Part shown: in pieces, positions 25,947-40,291 of the stretch
Layout: every line of letters begins with the position of its first letter
Position numbering within the stretch: the stretch's first letter is position 1
DNA from: Pseudogymnoascus verrucosus
Lineage: Eukaryota
Assembly: GCA_001662655.1 (NCBI GenBank)
Contig: KV460241.1
Length of the DNA stretch: 64,000 bases
Reading direction: 5' to 3' (one strand)
Made by a program: the position numbers and the translations under genes
Notes under the pieces: generated by a model
Databases searched by the model: none
Told to the model about the DNA's origin: nothing
The model's input: the letters and a program-made list of their open reading frames with translations, nothing else

Positions 25947-27733
25947 TTACTCATGGTCGTAACCATGTGATGCCTCATTTATTAGGGATTTGAGAACATT
26001 CTTATCAGCAAGTGCAGCCAGCCAAGTATTAACCATGGGAGTGTAGTCGTGGCACCGAGTTGCTGCTCTTTCTTCGTCCTGCTGAATGGCTGTTTCCTCT
26101 TCAATGTATGAAGCTCTCATTTGCGCCTGTGAATCAGAAAGCTGTTTCCAGAGGTCAAGTAGGCGCTCCGTCGTGATAGTTGAGGTTTGAATCTCCTGTA
26201 GAATAGGAGCAGAGGCTGGCACGGACTCCAAATGTTGCGCGGTGATACCATAGGAGCCGTTTGGCCCCGAGAGGGTTTTTTCCAAACACTGGCTGTCGAC
26301 GAAACCTCGCCAATCCGGTTGAAAGCTCGCAAACCGTCCCTCGACAGCGGATGTTGTCCGGATATTTTCCGCGAGATCGTTGTGAACGGCGAGTAGAGGG
26401 CTTTGGCATAGTGCAAGAAGGCTGAACTCAAATTGATCTCCGTCGTACTTCTGCATACGTTTTTCAATAATAGACCGGGCGAGACCCATCCAGTCGTCAC
26501 CAACGTACTCTCCTGCAAGGGTGTTAGAGGCGTGGCTTTAAAAAGAGACACTATCCTTACCAAGGTTCATGGGTTGCCTTTCTAGCCCGTCTAGTTTCCA
26601 TAGTTTGCCATCAATTGGGACAAGCGAAATAAAGTGAAAACCAGCCTGCTCTTGCTCGACATTTTTTCCCGTTTTCCCTGGTAACTTGGCCTTCGATGTG
26701 ACATCATTTGAAAGGAATAAGTCAGAATTGAGCATGTCCATCTTCCTAAGATTTATATTATTAGTACCCCCGTACATCATTGGAGACCCAGATCGAACTT
26801 ACCGCGAGAATGAATTATGAATTTTCCGAAGATAGTCGTGATTGCCGACTGTGTATCCGCGAAGTGCAGGAGTTAATGGCATTGAGAAATCCTTCAACGA
26901 ATTCAAGGTTGGTCCAAGGTCAACTCCCCGGGTATTCATTGCTATGTTAAGCAGGGCGATAGTCGCGCATGCGTTGCTTATAGTCTGGGACAAGAGTTAG
27001 ATGGATTGGTACTTCATAATCAGAGATCAACGCACCTGGTTTGCGAACCAGATATTGTCTGGGCAAGTTGCCTCCTGCATTGCTGGGTCATCCTCCTCGA
27101 ACCGAAACAGGAAAATCAACCCATGAATTGGCTTCCTTTTAGAAGTCGTCAGTGTCAATCATCAAATACTTCACCAGGAGGCACTAACGGCAGGAAACTT
27201 AGCATCTCATCATCCAAACTAAATACTTCCTGAACCTTGATACCAGTCACCCCGAGGTGCCGAAGAATTACATTGAAGAAGGCCTGAATGAGTGATAAGC
27301 ATGGTGAACAAGTCCCCACGAGGGACAATACAACGCATCTAAAGGATTAAGACAGGAGACTACATACAGGCTCCGATTCAACCTCGCACCATCCTTTCCA
27401 CTTGTCAAGGTCTGATTTTGTTGTTGCCTTCGTAATAAAATCCAGAGGGTCATCTATATGACACTTTGGGGTTTGAGGGCGCTTGGATGCTCTTTTGGGC
27501 CTTTGCTTATGAGGGTTATCCTCAAGTTTTGGAGCACTGGCTTCACATGTTACGTCTTCTTTTTCTTCCAGCTGCGGAGGCTCAGAGGAAGTGTCAACAT
27601 TATGAGTTGCTGCATTCCCTTCGGCCTCGAATTCTGGAGCTGGTGTTGTCCCTTCGCCGGTCTTATGGCGAGCGGACCTTCGAGGAACCTGTGAGCTTGA
27701 GTTACTCAGCTTGGACCGGCCAGACATATTCAT
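25947..27733 (-). CDS. Ubiquitin C-terminal hydrolase, peptidase C12 (UCH37/BAP1-like)
   Basis: GWCEVESEP; QTISNACATIALLN (catalytic Gln/Cys); FHFISLVP...LDGL (His/Asp); C-terminal RCHDYTPM resembling the UCH37-like domain. Confidence 0.9.
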
Positions 27734-28149
27734 TCAATTTGATCGTGGTTGACCATGATGTAGTGATTGACTAATGGCCTTTTAAAAAACCATAAATCCT
27801 TTATAGATGTAATAGTTGTGACCTTTGTTAAGTATGAAGCACGTGTTTGGTGGAGTGTAGTCGGTCAGTTGAGTGAGTGCGTCGTGCCTGAAGTGAAGGG
27901 GGCACAGACCACCCTGACCTTTTGCTGTCGCCGCGTCGGTCGGCGCGTCTACTGCTGCTTGCAGCACCAATCTATTAAAATAAAAAAAACTGTCAACATC
28001 ACAAAGTGTCGCCAACAAACGCCATCGAAGCAAAGGTATTCTCATGCTACCTTTGCGATACACGGGTCATATTGCGCTTTCTACCATCTTCGAATAGCTT
28101 GGACTGAGTGTCCCTTTGGACCTCAAAAGACCCCTCGCAAGACTATGCC

Positions 28150-31100
28150 ATGAACGGAACTCCTCGTCTGAGGTCCTCATACCCTTCGACTCCAGAAAGC
28201 CAGAAGCGAACAGCTTCGAAGACACCCTCATCTGGAGGAGAAGGGTCTAGAATTCAATTACAAGCTATATCTCGCTCAGCCAGAGCCCCCACGACAACAT
28301 CTCAACCCTTGATTCCTCTCACGGTGCTAGATGCACCGAGCCAAAGGCTATATGTCTGCGCTTTGTATATTGCTCTATTGGCGTGGCGTCTTTACGACTG
28401 GTCAAATCTTGTTGAAGATGAAGCCGAGTCGTTCTGGCTTTTTATAAAATGGGTTGCATTGGATGGGATCGTTTTGTACGGGCTTCCAGAATTGCGGATA
28501 CCTTGGCTGGAATGGTCCAACACGGCCACAACTGGGATATTCCTGATACATGCCATCGTGAATGGTATGCTGATGTTTAGAGTTCCAGTGAGTGGAGGAC
28601 CCCATCTGATTATTCTCATTTACTGACGACTTGACAAAGATCCCAATCGAAGCTGGGCTGGCTGTTGTGGCCCGGCATCTCTACGATCGCGAGTTATCCA
28701 TATCCGAAAATCGGGTGAAGCCAGCCAGCATTTTACACAACTCTTCCCTAATCATGGGCAAGCAGATCATCAATATATTGCCCGAAGGGTACGTCTAGCA
28801 CCGACCCCTCTTCCCACTCCATTTGCTTACTGGATGATAGTTCTGTGACGCTGAATCCAGACGGCCTCCCATTTTGCATCGAAAACAAGAATTCGATTGT
28901 GAAATTACCCATACGACTAAACCAGACCGATCCCGTTTATATCGAACTTCTTCGTTTGGACTTTGATACTAGCAAAAATGAGTCTATAATTATTAACCAA
29001 AAGGAACTACAGACTCTCAAGAAACAAGCTGAGAAACGACGCCCTAAAGACTCCGATACGTTGACGCTCGACTATGCTATCAAAAAGCCAGGTCTGTACA
29101 GGTTACAGACCGTCATGGAGAAGTCAAATCTGGAGGTCCAACGCCGCATGTCTGATACACTGGTTGTTCTCTGCCCCAAAGCAGTGATCCAGCCTTCTCT
29201 GGCAAACAAATGTATCGGCGACCTTTCCGACTTAACAATCCAAGTTACCGGTACCCCACCATTGAAAATCGTATACAGCCGACGAATCAATGAAATGGAT
29301 GAAAGTTTCCACTTCCAAAGCCTTCAGCCTGAAGATTTGGTGTCGCCACTTTTAGGCGCAACTCGTGCCTCGACGTTTGCTGCTACTTACGAGGAAGATA
29401 TGTCCTGGGGCGGATTACACTCAATAGATGTGCGGCTGAATGAATCTATGGCGTCCTCTGGGCGCTGGCTATATTCTATTGACGAAATACACGATGCTAC
29501 TGGTAATATAGCAAACTTCTCAGCCCGAGGAGAGGAAGGCGAGACCATCCACTCTAAAGGCACCCACCTCGAACATGCATTCACAGTTCACGAGCGACCT
29601 GTTGCGCAACTGGATCTGGTCGCAACTGGTAACCAGCTACGAGTTGCTAGTGGACGTTCGGCAGAGCTTCCTATCAAGCTCAGCTCTTCGGCTGGATCCT
29701 CTGAACAATACGGCGACGTGATTACCTATCGGTTTTCTCCTATTGATACCCTTGCCACGAATGGCGATCACGGCAGCGAGTCTATTGTTATGGAGTTTAC
29801 TACAAAGTCTTCACGTCAACGACCCCCCATTCATAAACCTGGCCTTTATACCCTTCTGAGCATCTCGAGCCAACACTGTGAAGGCGAAATCCGAGAACCA
29901 TCGTCGGTCCTACTCATGAACCCGCCAAAACCCGACTTGGCAATTTCGTCGGAGGATATTCACGACAAATGCGCTGACAATTCAATCGGGATCATGGTGG
30001 ATATGGATCTGAGTGGCACTCCACCGTTCGTGGTCAGGTACGAAATTGAACAGAATAAAAACGTCGAGCGCCAGCAGATCAAAATTGATGGCTCGAGACA
30101 TCAGCTAGAGCTCAAACCTAGGGAGGCAGGCCACTTCATTTACCGCTTTACAAGCATCGACGATGCTGTATACAAGGACCATCCGATAATTTCGCCTGGA
30201 CTAACCCTCGAGCAAGACGTGAAGCCCCCAGCATCTGCGTATTTTGTCAGCTTTGACCAAGTCGTGGCTTGCATTGACGAGCCGGTTCAAACTAAAGTCT
30301 TACTATCTGGCGAGCCTCCATTCACACTTGAATATGAGCTAGCCTACGGTGGGAAACGGAAGAAGCATAGAGTGTCAGATATCGACGCATACCAGTATAC
30401 AATCACGACGGACCCGCTGACGCGTGGCGGGGACTACTCCCTTGCTCTTGTGAGCGCACAAGACAAAACTGGCTGCAAGATTTTTCTCAATGACGAGATT
30501 AGGATTAATGTCCGACGGCAGCGACCGAAAGCGTCCTGGGCTCAAATTGAGTCTAGGAGGTCTGTAATGACGCTGGAGGATAAAATTGTTAACTTACCGC
30601 TTCGGCTGGAGGGCGAAGCCCCCTGGACGATAACGTACCGCAACTTGAACGACACATCGAAGATCGAGAAGGTTGTGAAACAGCGAAGCAATGATTACAT
30701 CCAAATCAATGGACGCGGTATCTACAAACTCGAAAGCGTCCATGATAGACAATGCCCTGGCACGGTCGATGAGCCAGCCTCCTCGTTTGAGGTGAACTGG
30801 CTTGCTCGGCCACAACTGAGGATTTCCGATAGCTCAGGAATCCAGCAGCAAGGTAACAGATACGTGAAACGCGAAGTTTGTGAGGGTGATGTGGACGCAA
30901 TGGAAATTAAACTCTCTGGTAAGCAAGACATTCAAAATGTTTGGGACTATTTTTAACAATATGAAGGATCTCCGCCGTACCATCTCAAGTACCAACACCA
31001 TCACAAGCCTGACCGTGGGTCGCAATCCGTCAATGTCAAAGAGATAGATGCTGCCTTGGGTAGCGTAACCATTCCGATGGATACGAGCAAGGCCGGCTCT

Positions 31101-32069
31101 CAGACATATGCCTTCAACGAGCTTTCTGATAACGCTTACGATCATGACCCCAAAAAGCACACTGCATTAACAGTTCAGCAAACGGTGAACCCGAAACCCT
31201 CGGCCACATTTGTGAAACCAGGCCAGTCTTACAAATACTGCAAAGAAGAAGAATCTGGTGATGAGGTTATTCCGATTGAATTGCACGGCCTACCTCCGTT
31301 CTACCTGGAGATCGATATCAAGCACCAGAGCAGTTCCAGACCTGAAACGGTAAAGCTCGCCAACATCGATTCCAACCACTACGATTTCCGTATCCCTCAT
31401 AGGGTGTTGTCGCTTGGGGCCCATCATTTGAGCGTGCGTAAGGTCCGCGATTCACGTGGCTGCCAAACAAAGCTAGAATATGGAGCGCCCAAGGTTCAAG
31501 TGCAGGTATTTGATGTCCCAACCATCTATGCGCTCGAGCCTAAAGTGGATTATTGTGTTGGGGATCGGATCTCTTACACATTATCCGGCACGCCGCCTTT
31601 TGATATTTACTACGATTTCGGCGACGTACAAAGGAAAGCCAAATCCTCAAGTACGAATTTCAGGCGCATTGCAGAAAAACCCGGTAACTTCACCATCACT
31701 TCCATCTCGGATCGGGCTAGTGAGTGCAAGGCCAAGATTGGCATCACCAAGACGATCCACGAGATGCCAAGCGTGAAGATTAGTAAAGGCAGGCAGGTTT
31801 CAGTTGACATCCATGAGGGCGGACAGGCACAGATCCTCTTCGAATTTTGGGGGACGCCGCCTTTCGAATTTACATATACCAGAAGCACAAACGCAAGAAA
31901 AGGACACAAGTCTCAGGTGTTGGAGACAAAGCACGATATCTCATTTGAGCACAGCAAAACCGTGCAAGCATCTCAAGAAGGCACTTACGAAGTTGTTGCA
32001 ATTAAGGATAAGTTTTGCGCGTTTTCGACTCAAAGACTTGATGGAAAGGCAGAGAAATTACTTCAATGA
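28150..32069 (+). CDS. POM152: Nuclear pore membrane nucleoporin Pom152
   Basis: MNGTPRLRSSYPSTP; PLIPLTVLDAPSQRLY followed by TM segments; repeated C...L.G.PPF...Y Ig-like lumenal modules; GTYEVVAIKDKFC. Confidence 0.93.
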
Positions 32070-32205
32070 TGGCGGAAAGATTTGGTGGGTATACAATGTA
32101 ATTGGCGTTAGTACTACTGTAATTATATAGGCACAAAAGATCTGAAATGGTTGGTTGCAAAGGGTGCAATCTTATAGTGCTTAGGTTTGGACATAAATTC
32201 CATTT

Positions 32206-33179
32206 TCACAAAGCTGCCTTTTCTGGTATTCTCCAGGTTCCATCTGACTCGTCCTCGACGACCTTGTCTTCGTCTTGTAACTTGTATAAAACCTGCATTA
32301 CCCCCCCATGAGCCGGGACATGTAAGTGCTCTGGCACATCCTTGTATACCACTTTCACAATTTCCATGCTTGCCCAACCGGATTTCTGCTCTGAATTGCT
32401 CCCCTTTGCTGATGGGTTTGGCGATCTTAGTACTTGAAGAACCTGATCTTCTCGCTGCTGTCTGTGTTGAATGTACTCTGAGATTCTTGCCCTACCATTG
32501 TCGATGACATCTCCATGCCCTGGGTATGCTCGACCGCCAAACATAGTATCCATCTTCTTCAGACTAGCTATATAGCTTGAGAGGTCCTCGAAGACCGCAG
32601 TGCCATGCCCCAAAACGTTATCCGCGGTGAACATGGCATCCTCCTCCTCCAGAATAAGTACCATATGATCTTGGGTGTGGCCTGGCGAGTATACAGCACG
32701 TAAAGTTGCCCCTTCCACTTTAAATACTTCGCCATCTGATATATTTATCTGGCCATCATCTGGCCGATGTTTATGGACCTTCACTGTAGGGTATGCTTCG
32801 CGGAGCTGCTTTATGCCTCCTACATGATCACCATGCCAGTGGCTGATTAGAGTGCTTCCTATTGTTGCATTCTCGGCAAGAAGAACGGCCTGGATGGCTT
32901 TAATCCACGATGGGCGTCCTTCACCCGTGTCTATCAGAACTCTCTGTTGGCCTGTCCCAACGATGTACGTGTTGGTACCTTGCCAGTGTGAGTTAATTGC
33001 CCGCTAAACAGAGCAGAGGCAGATAGATACCTTGGAGCGTAAACTGCACTTGTTATCAGTTGGTTGTCATTAGCGACTGCGATTGAAGCACTCACCTTTC
33101 CTGGATTGCCTCCCAGAATTCGGATGACACGGGAACTGAGTCTTGTCACTTCGGGAAGCTGCAGAAGTTGAGTCGCCAT
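32206..33179 (-). CDS. Metallo-beta-lactamase-fold protein, LACTB2-like
   Basis: RILGGNPGK/FTLQGTNTYIVG; LISHWHGDH; SPGHTQDH; FTADNVLGHG; YPGHG; YIQHRQQRE. Confidence 0.88.
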
Positions 33180-33475
33180 TGTGAATGCCACCGCTGTACA
33201 ATAAACTTGTGCCTAGCTAAGTTGTTTTGTTTGTAGGTTGCATGTAAGACCTTATATATATTCTTAGCCTGGGGGACATTGACGTGCTGAGGGACAACCT
33301 CGGCACCCCCACAATCAAAAAAGTACTGATAACTGATAACGGAACAACATTTATTCCGAAAGGGCCTCGCTCAACTTTCACGCGGCTGCCGAATTCATGT
33401 TCTTTATTATCAGTTTAGTCGCACAAGACGGACCGTTGTTGCCAAATCCCATGAAGTAGCTGCTATTCCTTGTCG

Positions 33476-35376
33476 ATGGCAAGATCCCGACCTATGACAC
33501 CTGCATCACCCAAACCTAACAAAACAAAAGATCCGAATCCCGGGATTCCCATTTACGGTTGTGGTAGGTTCAACACATTGGTCCTGGAAACTGTACAGGC
33601 CCATATACTAACTTCAATTCAGAACACATTCAACGACTTCTCACAAAGAGCCAAGATGTAACAACGAATACTATACAGCACTATAAGATGCTACTTCGGG
33701 TCATCTTTGACAATACCCCTATAATACCACAAACCTCGAAATCTGTGGACAAACGCCCCGTCACATCTCTCATTCCGAACTACCTCTGCCTTCAATGCCC
33801 GACCACAACCACCGCCAAAGACCGCCTAAAGCATGGGAAGCTCAAAGCCCATATGTTTTGTGGGACTATTACTCGACGAGGGTTAATCAATTGCTAACGC
33901 CGCCCAGATGTGGACTCGAGAAGCGGCGGCCTTTTTTGCCAGATGTGTGACGATTTTGTCTGGGACCCTACTCTGGAGGAATTGAGACTCCGTAAAATTG
34001 GCACTGGCTCGTTTTCAAGTAACTTGAGCATACATACCCCGAGTCAAGATATGGCCGTATTAATTCAGCGCAGGTCGAAAACGAAAACGAGACGAGCCTT
34101 TCACAGACCCGGCGAAAGACGACACAGCATACATGTCTATAAATACGACTGCCGCGCCATGCCGTGCTACCGGGCTTCGTGGCATTTTTAACATGGGAAG
34201 CACTTGCTTTATGAGCGTTATTCTGCAAAGTTTTGTGCATAACCCCCTTCTTAGGAACTTCTACCTTCGTGATGGGCATCAAGTTGGACAATGTACGCAA
34301 GACAACTGCCTCAGCTGTGGCATGGACGAACTATTCCAAGCCTTTTACTCTGAAGAGACTACAGCTAGCTATGTTGCCTCCAAGATGCTGTCCGATTCAT
34401 GGCTTTGCCAACAAGCTGCCTTTTCGGAGCTCGCCGGGTACGACGAGCACGACGCCCATGAGTACTTTCAGTTCCTTGCAGAAGAACTTCATAGAACGAA
34501 TCGGCAGGAGCGACATGCTTCCCCCACAGGGACGAATGCCTCTAACGTCTCACACTTAACGAGCAACTGCGATTGTATCGTTCACCAGACATTCTACGGT
34601 AAATTCCAGAGCACCTTAACATGCCAGAATTGTGGCGTAGTTACAACTTCTGTGGAGCCATTCTTGGATCTCAGTTTAGCCATTGACAGTATAGCAAAGA
34701 GACAAGGTAACAATAACGGGGAGAGTAGCCATGATTGGTCGCAGCCATTGACGCTTCAACGGTGTCTTGATGTGGAGTACATGCAACCCGAACGGTGCGA
34801 ATATTCATGCCGCAGTTGTGATAGCCCACAAGAAGCAAGGAAGCAATTAAGCATCAAGAATTTACCAAACGTGCTTTGCATTCAGTTCAAGGTAAGCCGT
34901 GTTAACGTCGAAAAACATTGTACTTTGAGTTAACGGAGTAACACAAAGCGGTTCGAACATCATAAAAGCCTTCGTACAAGCGCGAAAATACACCTGAAAG
35001 TGCAATTCCCGCTCCAGCTCAATATGCTCCCATACACGAATCGAGCAAGAACTCAGGATACTAGCGAAAATTTTGAATTGGCAAGGTCCTGTACCTATGA
35101 CCTCCTCAGCGTTGTAGTCCATGTCGGGAAGCTGAATTCTGGTGAGCTGCAAGAACAAATGAGATCTGATCGCGGAATTAACACGCTTAGGCCATTACAT
35201 TTCGTATTCAAGAGTGGGAAATCAAGTACGTGTGCAGCATTTGGATTACCCATAGCATTACTAATTTTGAACAGTGGTTCAAGTTTGATGATCATAAAGT
35301 CACTATGGCATCGGAGTCCCACGTTTTGGGAGCTGAGGCCTTTCTTTTATTCTATATTATTCGGTCTCTGGCGTAG
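33476..35376 (+). CDS. UBP8: SAGA histone H2B deubiquitinase Ubp8
   Basis: N-terminal zinc finger (CLQC...FCQMCDDFVWD); Cys box GLRGIFNMGSTCFMSVILQS; DAHEYFQF; His box VVHVGKLNSGHY...WFKFDD. Confidence 0.9.
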
Positions 35377-35498
35377 GTAGTCTCGGAAACAGGCGCGAGG
35401 AAGGTTATATTTGCAAGGAGTTTATCATAGGTTGACTAATGGATACTCCGCGAAAGTCGGACTCTAATTAAGGTGTATTATAGCCGTGGACAGATAAT

Positions 35499-36520
35499 TC
35501 AATCTTTCCACTTCCAGTTATCACACTCGAAATTCGCGTAGCAATAAAATTCATTGCTGAGCCCCTTTGCGTGCACTGGTTCGAATGTTGTCGTATGAAT
35601 TCCTAGCGGCCCATATAATTTATTAACTAGGGAATTCATGCGTTCCCCAGTACAAACTATCACTCGTGATGCTGGATCCGTAGTGTGCTGGCTTTGGGCA
35701 GCCCCCGAAGGCTTACAAAGCCATCGAGCCGTCAAGGCAGCTTCATCAGAATCAGCACCCCTCTCACATGGATAGGGACAGTTGTTTAATTACCTTTGGT
35801 CTGGCAATCTTCACTGAGAAATGGAGGGTCGCATATAATATGGTCTATGGTACCTTTCATTGAAGCTGTGCTTGGTTAGAACCGGACCGGGACGAGGTCA
35901 ATCAATTCACTCACGTGGAAGTTTAAGAGGAAATTTATAGTCGTAGAAGACGAACTCGGGGAAGATGCTAAAGCGCTCATCAAATTCAAGAAGGTATATC
36001 TCCGGAATCTTGTCGGCTGACATCGATGTCGAGGCCTGCACGTGTTAGATGTCAACAAGACAGATGGCGCACTGAGTGCATCCATAGCCACGGTGATACT
36101 AACAATGATATTTTTCAACTGAACAAAGGCACTTGGAGCTGAGATGACAGCAATTCTTGAATTGTTATCACACTTGGCGAGGAGCTCCCGAGCAAAGATA
36201 TCAGCCGTTTCTTGCGAATACTGCCACTATTAGCCACGAATGCACGGTTGTGGGAGAGGTTTGGAGGCGGGCAAACCCAAAATTGAGAATCGTTCCAGTT
36301 TTCTGTGAAGGTGTCCATTGATAGGATATCTCCTGTGTTTTTCTTCGCCTTCAAGTTTTCGAGCTCCTTCTCCTTTGCATCACGATCTGCATAAAACTCC
36401 TTCAGCGCCTCAAGGGCGGATCCCGACAACATCCTTCATTGCGGTCAGTTTACAAAACTCCAGTTAGCACGTAGATTATACTAACGGAATGTCGTTATCA
36501 TCATCATGAATTTCGCTCAT
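35499..36520 (-). CDS. EFM5: EEF1A lysine N-methyltransferase (Efm5/N6AMT2 family)
   Basis: LSGSALEALKEFY; FTENWNDSQFW; SAPSAF; LEFDERF; DPPFLSEDCQ; RVIVCTGERM; GLSNEFYCYANFE. Confidence 0.88.
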
Positions 36521-36965
36521 CTTGGATGTCCCCTCTGTGGCGCTCTTTTAGTGTATCCGAAATAGAATCAGGGATTTTTTTGGCCAATTCGCCATAGAAT
36601 TGCCGTGCGAGATAGAAGGACTACTTTATCCAAGCCCGTTTTTTCAGTCAACTGATTGACCTTTGGGTTGCAATTCAAAAATAGGTCTCGAAAAAATTAT
36701 ATACCAATTGTTGATTTCAACGTCACTGCAAAAGTGTGACCACGGGAGGATAGCCGACACTAAATCGCTTGGTAAACCACATTGATACACAGACGACGGG
36801 GGGCGATTCAATCTGTCGCCTCACCATATGGATTCCCACGCCATTATACAACGAGGAGAAAATGCACATTTCACGTCAGGAGTGATTCCAGTTGATATAA
36901 ACACGACTAATTCTATATACAAATCTCAAGTCTACATACGACGGGAATGACAAGACCAAATGCCT

Positions 36966-38544
36966 CTACTGATCGTCAAGAACGTGCAAGTACTTTTTCT
37001 CCTCACGCTTCTCACGCTCTGTGGAAGGCGGAAGATCGTAGAAGGCAGCACTGCGGTACGATTGCTATTTGGTCGTTAGACAATTATATTGGAGCAAAGG
37101 GCAAGAAACGTACGAGGTAGTGGAATGTTAAGTTCGCGAGATCAGCCGGCTCAATGTCCAGGTCCTTGAATGTCTTTGCTGTAGGGTCGATGTGCTGATC
37201 GATGAATTCCCTTTCTATTTCGTCACCAGACAGAACGGGCCACCAAAGTGCTTTGTTCAGGAGTGTCGCGGCTGGCTTCAGTATGGACTTGGGCAAGTTG
37301 ATATGCCTCCGGTGCTTGTGAATTTCCTTGTCCACCAATTCCGCAATCTCGGCAGTCGAGTAGTCCTTTGGCCCAAATAGCTCATAGGTCTGCGAAGCTG
37401 TGCTGTCGTCATTCAACATTTTCTCTAGAGCATGTCCGACATCAATGACCTAAGTACAAGTCAGCCTCCATAAATATGGATCCGAGTCCGTGGGGTAAAT
37501 CATACGTGAACTGGCTTGTAACGCTCCTCCATGTTATTTGAGGTGAGAAGGTTGGTTACACCGGCAAGCTTGTGGAGAAGACGATCTTCGAATCCAAACA
37601 TTGGGGCCGGCCTGACAATAGTTGTTTCGGGAAAGATAGAACGGACAACGGACTCTCCTCGGGCCTAGACTTTTGTTAACGTAATCCAGGGATATGTGAA
37701 GTTAGAAAATGACCTTGGTTCTATAGAATTCGGATGTGGAGTTCGCATCTGCATTGTAAGACGAGACATGAACAAATCGGTCAACATCGTATTTTGCAAC
37801 GGCATCTGCGATTCTCTCCGCGCCTTCGACGTGAACGTCCTCCAAATCAAAGTTCCTACAAATGAATTAGCATGGTGTAGTGACTCTATATTCTCTTGGG
37901 GATTCCCCGTACTTCGTTGGGTATGACCGGCCGACCAAGTTGTAAACAATATCGGAATGCCTGACGCTCTCCTCGAGGGACTCTGTGTTTCGGAGATCGT
38001 ACTCCTGCAATCACTGAATTAGCGGCAAGTACAAATTTGGGAGCATTTGATCCTGTACCATAAAAATTACGCGGCCTAAGTCACCGGTAACCTTCAGGTG
38101 ACGTTTCGCCATTTCCTCCCGGTATGGGATAATAACTGTGCATCCTTGCCTTGCTGTATGTGAATTCGTTAGCGATTATAGACCAGTGGTAAGTTCATCT
38201 GCTGGCGACGCACCAAGCCTGTTCACAATGTATCGTCCAAGGAAACCGGTGGCGCCAAATACAGTCGCAGTGTGGCCTGCACATTGATGTTAGTCGGAAG
38301 CCAATTGGCATCGGAAAGCTCGGGGAGTATACCTCCAAGAGAGGATCTAGCAATATAAGTCAGTATTGATCAACCTGAGGGCCAATGGCTGTATTTACCT
38401 TCCACCCTGTACCTTGATGATGGGCTTTCCGGTCCTGGTAATTGAGATGTCGGAGACATTTCGGGACGCAATTGGACTGATGTAGCTTTTCGGCCGAGCT
38501 GCAGCCCGAAGAGCAGCCGTACTGGACGGACTGCAGGACTTCAT
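36966..38544 (-). CDS. NDUFA9: NADH:ubiquinone oxidoreductase 39/40 kDa subunit (multi-exon, with a ~15-nt micro-exon)
   Basis: ATVFGATGFLGRYIVNRL; RHLKVTGDLG; VRHSDIVYNLVG; TIVRPAPMFGFEDR; ends KKYLHVLDDQ*. Confidence 0.93.
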
Positions 38545-38843
38545 TGTAGCGGAGAAGTCAGGGTTGGTCTCAGGTGTTGTTGGAATTGGCTGGTAGAGTG
38601 ATGGCAGTCTGGAGTACTAGCGCTTGATTCGCTTCTCGCGTCGGCATCGGCGTCTGCGTCTGCGTTGCCGCCTACCCCAAGCGAAGCTCCAAGGTATAGC
38701 TTGGGTTATTGCGGCTCAAGCCAAACAAACGTCAACGAAACACCTCTGTCAAGAATCAAAATCAAGCACCCACAGACTAAAACACTTCATCTTGACACTT
38801 CAACCTCTTAATAAACACAGGTGTACATCGTTGCGGTAGCGCC

Positions 38844-40095
38844 ATGAATATCGACACGATTCCTGATTTTCTGGCTGAGCAACGAGACGCGGCCCCAGCG
38901 GAACTTCAACATCTCTTCATCTCTTTCGAAGATTACTGGGAGAGGAAGTTATGGCATCAGTTGACAGATGCTCTGGTTGAGTTTTTCAACAGCCCAGAGA
39001 GCGGACCTCAAAGGCTTGCCTTTTATAAGACATTCATCCTCACTTTCGCCGATAAGATCAACCAGCTCAGACTTGTTACCCTGGCACTCAACGCCGCCAC
39101 TCAGTGCAGAGGTAATGTTTTTGGGTTCGCCTTGTCCTTCGTTTACTGATTATAAACCTACCAGATAGCCAAGAGCGCCTGTCTTTCTTGAATTCTGTTG
39201 CAGCAAAGGTCAACGACCCAAAATCCCAGGATGCATACGTCTACGCCATCGTTGCTGTTGCAACGGTTAAACTCGAACTACAAGATCTTACCGGATCCAG
39301 AGCGGATCTCGATAACGCAGAGAAGATTCTAGACCACTTTGACTCGGTTGAAACCATCGTTCACGCAGCTTTCTACCGCGTTAACGCTGATTACTATCAA
39401 GTGAGCCCAGTCAAGTTCATGGCGCATCAGGCATATCAGCTAATACATGGGATCAGGCAAAACTAGATTTCGCATCATACTATCGAAACGCCCTATTATA
39501 TCTTGCATGTATCGACCTGGCTGATCTCATACCTGCGGAAAGGCGGAACCGCGCATACGACCTGAGCATTGCTGCCCTTATCTCAACCTCCATATACAAC
39601 TTTGGAGAACTGCTTCTGCATCCTATCCTGGACTCCCTGGTAGACGAGGACGCTTGGTTGGTCAAGCTGCTGTTTGCCTTCAACAGAGGAGATTTGGCTG
39701 CGTATGACGTCTTGGCTGGTCACATTTCGGAGAACAAGTTACTGTCGTCGCATAAGGAGGGGTTGAGGCAGAAGATTTACCTTTCTGCTTTGACTGAGGC
39801 CGTCTTCCGCAGGCCTCCGCATGATCGCGCAATGTCGTTCCACACGATTGCCGAGGAGACGAAGGTTCGACCTGATGAGATTGAGCACCTAATCATGAAG
39901 GCTTTGAGCTTGGGGCTGTTGAGGGGTAGCATAGATCAGGTTGACGAAGTTGCACGTATCAACTGGGTGCAGCCAAAGGTTCTGGATATGAAGCAGATCG
40001 AGGGCATGAGGTTGCGACTTCAGGAGTGGGATACAAGCGTTAATGAACTTGGGAACTGGATTGAATCCAAAGGGCAGGATGTCTGGGCGGCTTAG
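38844..40095 (+). CDS. RPN9: 26S proteasome lid subunit Rpn9
   Basis: YWERKLWHQLT; KINQLRLV; IYNFGELLLHP; PCI domain EIEHLIMKALSLGLLRGSIDQV..WVQPKVL. Confidence 0.95.
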
Positions 40096-40291
40096 AATAG
40101 CAAGGAAGACATGCTGGGCGTCTGGGAGCTTGGCAACGGTTGTACAATAGCAGTTGCAGCGCATAATAGGCATTTGCGTCCCAACAAGGAGTTAGACCGA
40201 GGCAGGAATGATAATATGCTTTGGTTGCCTTGAACTATCTTCTTCATTTCATTGTACAAAGGCTATTGAGATTTGTTTCTACATAGGGCGT

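Noticed and set aside
32206..32217. C-terminal -AAL of the LACTB2-like protein as a peroxisomal PTS1
   Set aside because: Lacks the basic residue at -2; too weak to call from sequence alone.
38685..38690. GGAGCT (minus strand) upstream of RPN9 as a proteasome-regulon site
   Set aside because: A single hexamer is expected by chance and cannot be supported without comparative data.
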